Positions 42,038-52,313 of a stretch of 64,000 nucleotides of DNA are shown here, in pieces. The translations under genes and the position numbers were made by a program. Under the pieces are notes generated by a model that made no database searches, was not told the origin of the DNA, and worked only from the letters and a program-made list of their open reading frames with translations. This stretch comes from an uncultured delta proteobacterium (GTDB lineage: Bacteria; Desulfobacterota; Binatia; Binatales; Binataceae), in assembly GCA_963842085.1 (NCBI GenBank), contig CAWJET010000001.1, positions 2,208,001 through 2,272,000 of the forward strand, read 5' to 3'. Each line of letters starts with the position of its first letter. The first letter of the stretch is position 1.

Positions 42038-42904
42038 TCAGGTCGAGAAGAGTTTGCCGAGGTCCGCCGTCTCCAGGCGGATGCCGACGTAAAAGGGGCC
42101 GAATTTCGCATACGACGCGCTGGCCTCGTCGAAGCGCATCTCGTAAACGAGCTTCTTGAACACGAGCGGATCGTCGGCGAAGAGATCGACGCCCCACTCC
42201 CAGTCGTCGAATCCAATCGAGCCCGAAATAATTTGCGTCACTTCGCCGGCGAAACGCCGCCCGACCAGGCCGTGGTCGTGCATGAGACGCTGGCGATCTT
42301 CGATCGGCAGGCGATACCAGTTGTCGGCGCCATCGCGCTTCTTGTCCATCGGATAGAAGCACAGGTAGCGCCGCGCGGGAATTTTCGGAAACAGGCGCGG
42401 CGAAATCTTCTCGCGCTGGCGCGCAAGCTCGGATTCGATTTCGGATTTCCAATTTGGCGAGTGCGGTCCGATGCCATTCTCGACGAGCCTGCGATAGAGC
42501 GCGACCGTCGCCTCGTAGAGGCCAATTTCAATCACCGACAAGTACGAGGTGATCGGCTCCAGGTAGTCGCTGAGTGCGAGCCCGGCGACGGCGAGCTCGG
42601 CGTGCCCGAGTTCCTCGAAGCTGCGGCGGAAGTGGACGATCATCAGATCGCCCTTGTGGCCCAGCTCGGAGAAGAGCGCGCTTTCACTATCTTCGCGCCG
42701 GGAGATTTCGCCGAACAGCTTCGCGGCGTCCTTGAGAGCCGCGTTGCGTTTCGCGGCGTCGAGTGTGCGCAATTCCCGGCGGCGCACGCGAAACATCTGG
42801 TGGAGAATGCTGTAACCTTCCAGCGTAAGGGGCGCGGCGGGAAAATCGGCGGGAATCTTTGTCCGGTCCTTGGCGCGATTTTGTTCTGCCCGGTCGGTGC
42901 TCAT
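42038..42904 (-). CDS. hemQ: Coproheme decarboxylase (ChdC/HemQ)
   Basis: TLEGYSILHQMF, GHKGDLM, FYPMDKKR..NWY.LP, LMHDHG..GR, GFDDWEWGVDLF, KKLVYEMRFDE. Confidence 0.85.
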   Translation of the reverse strand: MSTDRAEQNRAKDRTKIPADFPAAPLTLEGYSILHQMFRVRRRELRTLDAAKRNAALKDAAKLFGEISRREDSESALFSELGHKGDLMIVHFRRSFEELGHAELAVAGLALSDYLEPITSYLSVIEIGLYEATVALYRRLVENGIGPHSPNWKSEIESELARQREKISPRLFPKIPARRYLCFYPMDKKRDGADNWYRLPIEDRQRLMHDHGLVGRRFAGEVTQIISGSIGFDDWEWGVDLFADDPLVFKKLVYEMRFDEASASYAKFGPFYVGIRLETADLGKLFST

Positions 42905-42921
42905 GGTGGCAATTCTAGACG

Positions 42922-44328
42922 CTACGCGGCCGGTTGTCTTGAGACGCTTGACCGAATGCACGCGCCGACAAGAGCTTGCGCAACCGATGGATTCGATGCC
43001 CAGTGCGCGTGCACGTATGAGGCGAGGACGTTTCCGAGGCGATAGCCTTCGGCGAACGGCGCGCCGCCCCATCGCGGCGCCACAGTGTAAATGCGATCGA
43101 TCCGATCGGCACTATCGGCACCCTCGAGGGTCGAGTAGCGGAACTGATGGCCGCGAAAGCGCGTCTGCGCGGGACCGAGAATCGAGTCAGCCCGCGTCTC
43201 GACCTCGACGTAGCCAAGCGCCTGGAGCCTGTCGGACATCGCGGCTACGCCGGGAATGATCGCCGCCATCGGCCATCGCGCGCCGTCGAGTGTCCGGATG
43301 GCGTCCGCCAGGTACATCAGGCCGCCGCATTCAGCGTAAATCACGCCGCCGCACAGCGCGAAGGCACGAATGGCCGCGAGCATCGCGCCGTTGAAAGATA
43401 GTTCGCGCGCAAACGCCTCGGGATATCCGCCGCCGAAGTAGAGCCCATCCGCTTCGGGCAATTCGCGATCGCGGATCGGTGAGAAGTTGATGAGCTCGGC
43501 GCCGAGCGAGCGGAGCCGATTCAGATTGTCTTCGTAGTAGAAATGAAACGCGGCGTCGTCGGCGATGCCGATTCGGCACCGAGGCCGCGAAGCCATGCTG
43601 CTCGTGCCGGGTTCCGGACCAACTCCCAGAGCGGGGGCAGAGCGCGCAATCTCGATGATAGCGTCGAGGTCCAGCCAATCGGCCGCGAGCCGGCTCCATC
43701 CGTCGAGCAACCGTTGCGGCACGCTCGATTCATCGGCCATCAGCAGGCCGAGATGGCGTTCGGGAAAAGCGAGATCGGGACTGGCGGGAAATCCACCGAC
43801 GATGGGAACCTCGGGCTGTGCGGCGCGCAACAAATCGAGATGCCCGCGCGAACCGACGCGGTTGCAAATCATGCCGGCTACGCGAACGGCTGGATCGAAA
43901 CGCGCGAAACCCAACGCCACCGCGGCGATCGTGCGCGCGACGCCCGAGGCGTCGGCAACGAGGAACACGGGCGCGTCGAGCCATTTCGCGAGCTGGGCAG
44001 TCGAGCCTTCATCGCCGGTTGGCGTCGCGGAATCGAACAATCCCATCATCCCTTCGATCACCGCGATGTCGGCACCGGCCGAAGCGCGCGCAAAAGTCGC
44101 GATCACCGAAGCGCGATCCATCATCCAGCTGTCGAGGTTGTGCGAGCGGACCGCCGCGGCGCGTTCGTGATAGGTGGGATCGAGATAGTCGGGCCCACAC
44201 TTGAACGGTGTGACCTTGAGTCCGCGCGCGCGCATCGCACCCATCAGTGCGACAGTCGCAGTAGTCTTGCCCACGCCGCTGGCAGTCGCCGCGATAATGA
44301 CGCGAGGAATCTTACCCGAAGGAATCAT
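42922..44328 (-). CDS. cbiA: Cobyrinate a,c-diamide synthase
   Basis: SGVGKTT, FKCGPDYLDP, IEGMMGLFD, PERHLGL, AFHFYY, GGGYPE, YAECGGLMYL. Confidence 0.92.
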   Translation of the reverse strand: MIPSGKIPRVIIAATASGVGKTTATVALMGAMRARGLKVTPFKCGPDYLDPTYHERAAAVRSHNLDSWMMDRASVIATFARASAGADIAVIEGMMGLFDSATPTGDEGSTAQLAKWLDAPVFLVADASGVARTIAAVALGFARFDPAVRVAGMICNRVGSRGHLDLLRAAQPEVPIVGGFPASPDLAFPERHLGLLMADESSVPQRLLDGWSRLAADWLDLDAIIEIARSAPALGVGPEPGTSSMASRPRCRIGIADDAAFHFYYEDNLNRLRSLGAELINFSPIRDRELPEADGLYFGGGYPEAFARELSFNGAMLAAIRAFALCGGVIYAECGGLMYLADAIRTLDGARWPMAAIIPGVAAMSDRLQALGYVEVETRADSILGPAQTRFRGHQFRYSTLEGADSADRIDRIYTVAPRWGGAPFAEGYRLGNVLASYVHAHWASNPSVAQALVGACIRSSVSRQPAA

Positions 44329-44342
44329 TGCGAGTTGCGATA

Positions 44343-45128
44343 CTAGTATAACGCGATCAGGCGATCCTTACGCGGGCGCCCTTGCAGGAGTGCGGGATCC
44401 AGCGTCGTCGCTCCGGTGCGCGCGCTGGCGAGGACGACCTCGAAGGGCGATTGACCGCGCTCGCGAGTCCACTGTGCCAGTGGTCCATTTTCGCTTTTCG
44501 ACGCGAGCAACTGCAATTCGTTCGGACCGATTGTGAATGCGACACCCGAGGCTCCGTGCTCGGCCCGCTCGACGGGCGCGCCGGGGCGTCCGAGCACGCG
44601 CGCATAGTAGCGGCTGGTTGCTCCAGGGTCGTCGACAGCGATCGTAAGTGAGCGGACGCCGGTCGCACCGTTGCGATGCGAACGTTCTCGCGGTACGCGC
44701 TCGTCGCGGGGAGTATCATCCTTGATCAGAAATGGCAGCTGACCGTTGAAGGGAGGCTCGGGAACCGCGAGCACCCAACTGAGGCGATAGCCGTCGGGCC
44801 GCTCGCGCGTGAGCGGATAAGGCTCGCCGATCTTTGCACCCGCGCGGCGCATCGACTCGAGGTCCGCCGCGAGATCGTCGGTGCGCATGCAGAAGTCGAT
44901 TATACCGCCGCCCTTGTCGAGCGCCGTTTGCCAGGGATGCCCGGGGTTCGGTTTCAGGAATGCGATCAGTTCGAAATAGCTGCCGTCGGCGAATGCGATA
45001 AGCGCGTTGTGAGTACCGATTGGATGTCTTCCGCCGCGAACGACTGTGAATCCCGCGCGCGAATAGCTGGCAATCGCGGGGTCGAGTTCGTCGACAACGA
45101 TCACAACGTGGTCGATACCGGTGAACAT
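44343..45128 (-). CDS. VOC family (Glyoxalase_3-like) protein
   Basis: IDHVVIVV, GGRH..GTHNALIAFADGSYFELI, RPDG..LSW, LPFLI.D.TPR. Confidence 0.85.
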   Translation of the reverse strand: MFTGIDHVVIVVDELDPAIASYSRAGFTVVRGGRHPIGTHNALIAFADGSYFELIAFLKPNPGHPWQTALDKGGGIIDFCMRTDDLAADLESMRRAGAKIGEPYPLTRERPDGYRLSWVLAVPEPPFNGQLPFLIKDDTPRDERVPRERSHRNGATGVRSLTIAVDDPGATSRYYARVLGRPGAPVERAEHGASGVAFTIGPNELQLLASKSENGPLAQWTRERGQSPFEVVLASARTGATTLDPALLQGRPRKDRLIALY

Positions 45129-45161
45129 GCGGGCCTCCAGGCGAGCGCGCTGCGATGCGCG

Positions 45162-45803
45162 CTAGCGGCGGGGAAAATCGCCTTTCAGGTACATCGCGCC
45201 ACTCGGCTTCTCGATTCCGCCGCGCGGCTCGAGAGTGATCTCGGTGGAGAGCACGACTTCTCCTTCAGGCGGCAGGTCGAGCGAAACGATCGTAGCGCCC
45301 TGACTCAACGGTTCAAATGAGCCGGCCTTCTGCGGGCCCTGCTTTTCGCCGATCCACCAGACCGCGTACTCCTTTTCGTCGGGCGTTGGCGGAAGGCCGC
45401 TGACCTCGAGCATAGCGGCGCCCTCTGTGCGGTTAAGCGCGACGTTGCCGGCCGCAGAAGGGGCTGCAGGAAGGGCGGCGAGATGGGCCACTCGCGCGTC
45501 GGGGCCGAGGGTCGCGAGGGTCAAGTCGGTGGTCTGTGCGAGCCTGGCCTGAAGCGTGGCGACTTGGTCGCCGGTGGTGTCGACGTTGCGCTGGACCTCG
45601 ATGATGCGCGCGGTGAGCGCCGCGATATCGTTTGAGGCGTCGGAAGGTGTGCTGCGCACCCGCGAAGAGAAAAACGCGTAGCTGACCGCGATCGAGACGA
45701 CCGCGGCTACGGCGGCTGAAGCAAGCATCGCGAAACCACGAGCACCCGAGGATTCGCGCGCCGATCGATCGGGCGCCGGATCGATACCGCTAGCCGAGGG
45801 CAC
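45162..45803 (-). CDS. RskA-like anti-sigma factor domain protein
   Basis: One TM helix, coiled coil, then GLPPTP.EKEYAVWWI...AGSF...ITLEPRGG.EKPSG; start is uncertain (GTG 45803 or ATG 45728). Confidence 0.75.
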   Translation of the reverse strand: MPSASGIDPAPDRSARESSGARGFAMLASAAVAAVVSIAVSYAFFSSRVRSTPSDASNDIAALTARIIEVQRNVDTTGDQVATLQARLAQTTDLTLATLGPDARVAHLAALPAAPSAAGNVALNRTEGAAMLEVSGLPPTPDEKEYAVWWIGEKQGPQKAGSFEPLSQGATIVSLDLPPEGEVVLSTEITLEPRGGIEKPSGAMYLKGDFPRR

Positions 45804-47007
45804 CGGACGCCACCAATTCGCCGATCCGCGTTTCGTCGTAACCGAGGATGCTTTCGAGGACGTGTTGATTGTGCTGGCCCAGCGACGGAGCAGCGGCGCG
45901 TACACTGGCTGGAGTGCGCGACAGTTTCGCCCGAGGACCCTCGACTGTGAATTTGCCGAGGCTCGGATGATCGAGCGCGACGAAATGGCCGCGATACGCG
46001 AGCTGTGGATCGGCGTACGCGTCGGCGCTGTTCTGCACCTGATGGGCGGGAACGCCATGCGACTGCAGGCGCGATTCGATCGCGGCGCGATCGAGTGTGC
46101 GGCTCCAGGCGGCGATTACCGAATCAATAGCGTCGCGATGCTCGAGTCGGCCGGCGGCGGACGCGTAACGCGAGTCGCGCGCCAGACCCTCATTTTCCAT
46201 TGCGGCGCACAGGCGGCGCCAGTCGTCATCGTTGCGGCATGCGATCGCAACCCATTGGTCGTCGCCCGCGGCCGGATAGACGCCGTGGGGCGCGAGGGCG
46301 GCGTCGGAATTTCCGACGCGTCCGTCGACGCGGCCGTTCACCGTGTAGTCGAGAATCGCAGGGCCTAGAAAATGAATCGCGCACTCAGCCTGCGACTGGT
46401 CGATATATTGGCCTTGACCCGTGCGGCGCCGATGATCGAGCGCCGCCAGAATCGCCATCGCAGTGTAACGCGGCGCCACATAATCCGTGTACGCGCCGAA
46501 AACTCCCGAGGGAGGACGGTCGGGCCATCCGGTCAGATTGTGAAATCCCGAAATCGCGGCCGCCATATTGCCGAAGCCGGCGATTTTCGCCAGCGGCCCC
46601 GACTGTCCCATCAGGCACGAGCTCACCATGATGAGATCGGGGTTAACCTTGCGCAGCGATTCATAGTCGAAACCCCACGCACGCATCGCCTTGGGAGAGA
46701 ACGACTCGGTGACGACGTCGGCCCATCGCACGAGATCGTGCACGACCGCGCGCGCGGCGCGATTGCCTAGATCGAGCGAGATTCCGAGTTTGCCGACGTT
46801 GCAATTGGCGAACAGGCCCGAGCTGTCGGGGCCAAGCTGGTTGCCGAGATAAGGCTGGAGCGTGCGCGCGGTATCGACCCGGGTGGGCGATTCGATTCGC
46901 ACGACGGTCGCGCCATAGTCGGCAAGAATCCGCGTCGAAGCCGGACCGGCCATCACCCACATGAAGTCGCAGATCTTGACGTCTTTGAGCGGCAGGTCGT
47001 TCGGCAT
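45790..47007 (-). CDS. Class III CoA-transferase (CaiB/BaiF), catalytic-type subunit
   Basis: DFMWVMAGP..TRILADYGA.VVRIES, ADVVTESF, AYTDY (catalytic Asp), APHGVYP. Confidence 0.9.
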   Translation of the reverse strand: MPNDLPLKDVKICDFMWVMAGPASTRILADYGATVVRIESPTRVDTARTLQPYLGNQLGPDSSGLFANCNVGKLGISLDLGNRAARAVVHDLVRWADVVTESFSPKAMRAWGFDYESLRKVNPDLIMVSSCLMGQSGPLAKIAGFGNMAAAISGFHNLTGWPDRPPSGVFGAYTDYVAPRYTAMAILAALDHRRRTGQGQYIDQSQAECAIHFLGPAILDYTVNGRVDGRVGNSDAALAPHGVYPAAGDDQWVAIACRNDDDWRRLCAAMENEGLARDSRYASAAGRLEHRDAIDSVIAAWSRTLDRAAIESRLQSHGVPAHQVQNSADAYADPQLAYRGHFVALDHPSLGKFTVEGPRAKLSRTPASVRAAAPSLGQHNQHVLESILGYDETRIGELVASGALG

Positions 47008-48254
47008 CACACGATCCCCGCTCGACTTAGTTCGGCTATCTCGCGTTCACTCAAGCCGAGTTCGTCCCGGTAGATGTCGGAATTGTGCTCGCCGACGGTC
47101 GGCGGCCTGCGTCGATATTCGATCGGCGTCGCGCTGAATTTCGCAAACGGTCCCGGATAGCGGAATGACTCGCCGATTTCGGGATGCGCGACGTTCTGGA
47201 AGTAGCCGCGCGAAGCGAATTGCGGGCTCTCAACCACTTCGGCTACGGTAGCGACCGGCGTGATCAGGAATCCGCGCTCGACTGCCAGCTCGAGCAACTC
47301 GGCCTTGGTCTGGCTGCGCGTGAATTTCCTGACGACCTCCTTGACGCGCTCGAACTCCGAGAGCGGTTCGGCGCCGCTGAACAGCTGCTCGGCGTACGCA
47401 ATCCAATCCTTGTCGCGCGTGGCTTCGTCACAAAATCCCCGCTCGCAGAGGAAGTGCATGAGCCTGGCAGTGAAGACGCCGAGCGCCGAGCCGAACAGAA
47501 AAGTCATCGCGACGTAGCCGTCACTGGCGGGCCAGACCAGCGGAATTTCGAGCGGGCCGAATTTCACACCGCCTGACATCCGCCGCGCTTCGGGCGAACC
47601 GAGCGGAGCCGCGAGGATGTACGATTGCGTCGCCATCGCGACCGATTGCTGCGCCGCGACGTCGACCTGTTGCCCGAGGCCGGAGCGTGTGCGCTCATGA
47701 TGGGCCGCGAGTGCTGCCACTGCCGCGTCGGCGGATGCGTGCAGATAAGCCTGCGGAACACACAGGCGCACGGGCGGGCGATCCGCGTCGCCGGCCAGGA
47801 TTAAGGGTCCGCCGGCGGCCATCAGAATCAAATCACTGTCGGCATATGTAGCCTTGGGCCCGTCCTGTCCGAACGGCGTGATCGAAACGTAAATCAGAGC
47901 GGGATTGATCCTGGCGAGGTCGGTATAGCCGAGACTGCGTTGCGACAGATAGCCGGGATTGTGCGACTCGATCAGAAAGTCGGCGCGCACCACGAGGCGG
48001 CGCAGAAGATCGCGGCCGGCGTCGAGTTCGATGTCGAGCGTGATGGCGCGCTTGTTGCGATTGTACGCCCACCAGTACAGCGAGCGGTCGAGATGCGGCG
48101 TGTCCTTGTAGAACGGCCCGATGCCGCGCGCAGAGCATCCGCCCGGCGGCTCGACCTTGATTACGTCGGCGCCCATGTCGGCGAGCATCTGGCCGCACAG
48201 AAGACCGCGCTCAGTCGTGAGATCGAGCACGCGATATGGACTGAGCATCGACAT
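47007..48254 (-). CDS. Class III CoA-transferase, BbsE-like subunit
   Basis: RVLDLT..GLLCGQMLADMGADVIKVEPP, NRNKR, SITPFGQDGP; PQAYLH where the catalytic Asp is expected. Confidence 0.88.
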   Translation of the reverse strand: MSMLSPYRVLDLTTERGLLCGQMLADMGADVIKVEPPGGCSARGIGPFYKDTPHLDRSLYWWAYNRNKRAITLDIELDAGRDLLRRLVVRADFLIESHNPGYLSQRSLGYTDLARINPALIYVSITPFGQDGPKATYADSDLILMAAGGPLILAGDADRPPVRLCVPQAYLHASADAAVAALAAHHERTRSGLGQQVDVAAQQSVAMATQSYILAAPLGSPEARRMSGGVKFGPLEIPLVWPASDGYVAMTFLFGSALGVFTARLMHFLCERGFCDEATRDKDWIAYAEQLFSGAEPLSEFERVKEVVRKFTRSQTKAELLELAVERGFLITPVATVAEVVESPQFASRGYFQNVAHPEIGESFRYPGPFAKFSATPIEYRRRPPTVGEHNSDIYRDELGLSEREIAELSRAGIV

Positions 48255-48301
48255 GTAACTTCAGCGCCGCCCGATTCTTACCACTGTCGGACGGGCTGGC
48301 G

Positions 48302-50708
48302 TCAACGGGCTATGCGGTGGCGGCCGGGACCGAATTCGCCGCCGGTGAGAGGCGCGTCGTCGAACCGCACGACGGTAGTGACGCCGTCCGGTATCGTGAC
48401 TTCGCCGCCGGCTTCGCGATCCAGGTTCACCTCGATAAGCCCGTGTGGAGTCGGCACGCGCCCTTCGAGATGCCTGAGCGGTCCGAATCGCGGCGCGATT
48501 TCCGCTCGCGCGTAGCCAGGCGCAGCCGGCCTAACGCCGAGAACCCAGGTAGTCAAATCGTAGGTTGGCGTCGCCGACCATGCGTGACATCGGCTCCCAG
48601 TGCCGGCGCGCGCGTCCCAGTATTCCTCGAACGCGGTGTTGCCACGTTCGATCTGCGCCCACCATTTCATGCATCGCGCGGGAATCAGTTCGCGGCGCCC
48701 CGCGCGGACGATCGCGTCGTGGAGGAGGTGCGAAAAAAATGGTTGCGCCGCGACGACGTCATGCTCGACATCGAACTTCATGTGCTCGGCGGGATCCGTC
48801 TGTTGCCTCAGGTACGCGGCCAGGTTGTCGGAAATCGTGGGTGTGATGACGACGCGCGATTCATCGAGGATGTATTTGAGCATCTGCGGCCAGCGGTGTC
48901 GCGGAGCGCATCCAGCTACGATCGCGATCGCATTGGTTTGCTGGCTGACTCGCCGGCGAGGACCGTTGCGATCGGCGGCGTCCACGTAAACGCCCGGGGC
49001 CTCCTCCCACAGCAACTCGAATGCGCGCCGGGTCCGCTGAGCACGTGCACGAGCATCGGCGGCAGCGTGCGAATCCGCGATGACAGTCTCGGCAAGCGAC
49101 GCGAAGTCATCGAGGGCCGCAGCGTAAAGCGCATCGAGCGCGCCGGTTACTTCCGATCGCTCGGTCATCGCCCAGTCTATGAAAATCCATCCCGGCATGC
49201 CGCGAATCAGTCCGTCGGGTGCGCGGTAGCGCTCGAAGGCCGACAGCACGCCGGCCGCGGTCGGCATCAGCTCGCGAACCGTCGCGGTGTCGCCGGAATA
49301 TTCGAAGTAGCGCGCGAGCGCGCGAATCCAATGCAACGAGTAGTCGGGAATCGTGGTCGAAGAAATCGAGAAGTCGCACGCCGCGGCCATCGCCAGCAGA
49401 CCATCGCCGCGGCGCGAATGCGCGCAGATTCGCAGATGACGCCGCACGAGGCGCCAATCGGTGTTGGTCACGTACGTCAACAGGGCGTGGATGTAGGAAT
49501 CGCCGAGCCACGCGCGCTGCTCGCGGCCGGGGCAGTCGATAAAGGCGTCGGTCGAGCAGAGTTCCAACGTGCGCGCTCCGACGCGCCAGATCTTGTTGAG
49601 CGCCGGATCGTCGCATTCGAAGTACGCATCGTCACCGCGCGGATAGCGCCGCTCGATCGCGCCTGCCGATTCGATCTGCGCACCGCCGCGCGCGACGATC
49701 GACAGATAACGGAAGCCTACCGACTCGTACGACTCGAACCGTTCCGCCGCGCCGCCGCGCAGGATATAGCGCATCGCAAATTGGCGTGGATTCGTTTCCG
49801 CGCTGCCGTCGGCGCGCGCGTCCTCGCCGCAGTACACGTCGACGGTCGATCCGGCCGGACCGCGCACCACGGCCCACGGCGTGGCGAGCGTGATCATTCC
49901 CGCGTTGAAAGGTGTCGGGGCCATCCCCAGCCTGCTCCGCCGTTGGATACGCGCTGCGTGGATCATCGCCATTGAGGGGCGCGACACCTCGCCGGGAGAC
50001 TTCGTTCAGCGTGATTGGAATCGAAGTCAGCGGCGCTATCTCGTCGGGCTCAGGCGCAGTGAAAGGCTCCAGCGGGATTCGCGTGCGATTGGGCGAAAAA
50101 GTGCCGGCCGACAATTCGACTGCGGGCTGCCAATCGGAATCATCGAACGCTTCATCGGTCCATCCCACGGGAATTGCGGCGCCGTCGAGTATTTCGATCG
50201 GCGGCACCGGCAGCGCGGCGGTCCGCACCACATCCTGGCGATACGGCGCGGCGCGTCCTTTCCACGTGGCGTCCGAAATCACGCGGATGGCCGGCGCTTC
50301 AAACGCGAACGAGCCAAAGCCGAGCAGGAAGCTCGGCGTCGCCGGCCGCCACCACGGTCCCGGCAATCCATAGAATCGCACCAGTGACGCAATTGCGTTT
50401 CGGCCCGCGCGAAGGTACGGCGCGAGATCGATCTCCGTCCACGCCAGACGCTCGGGTATCGAACGCGCCGGTCCGCGCGCGACCTCGACGCCGTTGACGA
50501 ACATCACGAACCGAGAATCGGCCGTCACTCGCGCGGGAACCGATGCGGGAATCGCGTCGAGTTGAACCGTCCGCCGCAAGTAACAGAATCGATTCCAGGT
50601 TTCCTTCGGCGGAATTGCGGCGGCGCCGATCGGCGAAGCCGGCAAGGGCGCAGGCCCGGCCCAAATCCATCGCGCATCCCAGGTTATCGGCCATTTCGTT
50701 CCAGCCAT
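48302..50708 (-). pseudogene. GH78 alpha-L-rhamnosidase-like gene split by a frameshift near 49910
   Basis: N-part (ARWIW, TADSRF.MFVNG..V.RGP) and C-part (GFRY, DCPGREQRAWLGD, FIDW, EYW, SRCHAWS) are in different frames; removing one T from ACC TTT CAA CGC joins them as T-F-N-A-G. Confidence 0.8.
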
Positions 50709-50721
50709 CTGACGCCACCGC

Positions 50722-51876
50722 CTAGTACGGGCGAGCAGTCTTGCCGATGATCTCGCGCGCGACGATCGACTTCATGATCTGCGCGGTGCCGTCGCCAATC
50801 TCGAGTCCGATCACGTCGCGCATTCGCTGCTGATGCGGCAGGTCGAGGCTGAACCCCAGATGCCCGTGAAGGAGCAGGCATTGATGCAGCACGTCGGCCG
50901 CCAGTTCCGGCGCGAGCCACTTTGCTCCGGCCGCGAGCCATCCGTGCGGCTCTCCGCGATCCTTCAGCCACAGCGCCTCGTAACACAGCAGACGCGCGGC
51001 GCGGAGCCGAACCGCCGCCTCTGCGAGCGGAAACGATACCCCTTCGAACCGCGCGAGCGGCCCGCCGAATGCCTGGCGTTCGGCAACATAAGCACAAGTC
51101 TCCTCGACGCTTTGCTGGGCCGCGCCGATGCACATCAGGCCGATCAACGAGCGACTAAAGTCGAATCCCTGCATCACTTCGACGAAGCCCGCGCCTTCCG
51201 CGCCGATGCGAGCGGTGGCGGGTACGCGGACGCCGTCGAAAAAAAGCTGGCCGCGACCGATTGCGCGCGAGCCCATGTCGCGAAAGCGCGTGCGCGATAC
51301 ACCCGGTGAGTTGAGGTCGACGTAAAATGCGCTGACGCCGCGAGCGGACTGTTCCGCTGTGCCGGTTCGGGCGAGGACGAGAGCCGCGCCGGCCGACGAT
51401 GAAAACGAGATGGAGGTTTTTTCGCCGCTCAGGACGTAGTTGTCGCCGTCGCGACGCGCTTGCATCATGATATGTGCGGCATCGGAGCCGCCGCCGGGCT
51501 CGGTCACCGCCAGCGCCGCGATGATTTCTCCCCGGCAAATCGGCGGAAGAAACGCGGCCTGCTGATGGGCATCCGCACTGCGCGAGATTATCGCGCCGAC
51601 GAGCGCCGCGAGCAGCAGCAGGTACGCAGCGTTGAAATCGCCGCGCGCGATTTCCTCATGCGCGATGCCAAGCGACACGTAGTCGAGCTTCGAACCGCCA
51701 AGTTGCGCATCGGCCATCGGCGCTAGCAGGCCCAGCTCGCCGAGTTTCCTCGCCAACGCTGGCGGCAGATCTTTGTCTGCGTCGCGCGACGCGTAATTCG
51801 GAAGCAGCTCGCGCCGCGCGAAGTCGCGCAGAGTTTCCCGCAGCAACTTCTGCTCGGCTGTCAGGGCAAACTCCAT
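50722..51876 (-). CDS. Acyl-CoA dehydrogenase (cyclohexanecarboxyl-CoA dehydrogenase AliB-like)
   Basis: AVTEPGGGSDAA, GEKTSIS, MQGFDFSR, FEGVSFPLAE, RDVIGLEIGDGTAQIMK. Confidence 0.85.
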   Translation of the reverse strand: MEFALTAEQKLLRETLRDFARRELLPNYASRDADKDLPPALARKLGELGLLAPMADAQLGGSKLDYVSLGIAHEEIARGDFNAAYLLLLAALVGAIISRSADAHQQAAFLPPICRGEIIAALAVTEPGGGSDAAHIMMQARRDGDNYVLSGEKTSISFSSSAGAALVLARTGTAEQSARGVSAFYVDLNSPGVSRTRFRDMGSRAIGRGQLFFDGVRVPATARIGAEGAGFVEVMQGFDFSRSLIGLMCIGAAQQSVEETCAYVAERQAFGGPLARFEGVSFPLAEAAVRLRAARLLCYEALWLKDRGEPHGWLAAGAKWLAPELAADVLHQCLLLHGHLGFSLDLPHQQRMRDVIGLEIGDGTAQIMKSIVAREIIGKTARPY

Positions 51877-51885
51877 CGTCGCAAC

Positions 51886-52296
51886 TCAGTTGGATGGCGC
51901 GGTCTGCGCCGGCACTGTGACGGATTGCGGCGGTGCGCCCGACGGGCCCACCCACTCGGGCAGGCTCTCCAGTCCGCCGAGATGAACATTGGGGGTCGGC
52001 TTTTCGACCGCCTCCCCGCTATCTTCATTGCCGCCCATTTCGTCCTGGTAGTGTTGCGTCACCTGCTTCTTCACATCGTCGGGCGACATGTTCGGCTGCA
52101 TCCCCTGGTTGTGCGCAAAGTCCTGCCGGCTCTTGGCGTCCATGTGGAGCCAGATCTGGCTGGCCTGTGCGCTATTGCCGTGATTCATCGCTTCGACAAA
52201 CTTCTGCTGCTGCGTTTCCTGGTGCCAGCATCCCGCGAGCGCGATTGCACACGCGGTCATCGATGTTACGATCGCGCGCTTGATCTTTCCCCGCAT
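51886..52296 (-). CDS. Hypothetical lipoprotein
   Basis: Signal peptide with lipobox LAGC. Confidence 0.65.
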   Translation of the reverse strand: MRGKIKRAIVTSMTACAIALAGCWHQETQQQKFVEAMNHGNSAQASQIWLHMDAKSRQDFAHNQGMQPNMSPDDVKKQVTQHYQDEMGGNEDSGEAVEKPTPNVHLGGLESLPEWVGPSGAPPQSVTVPAQTAPSN

Positions 52297-52313
52297 GATA
52301 TTTGCGACGCCGG

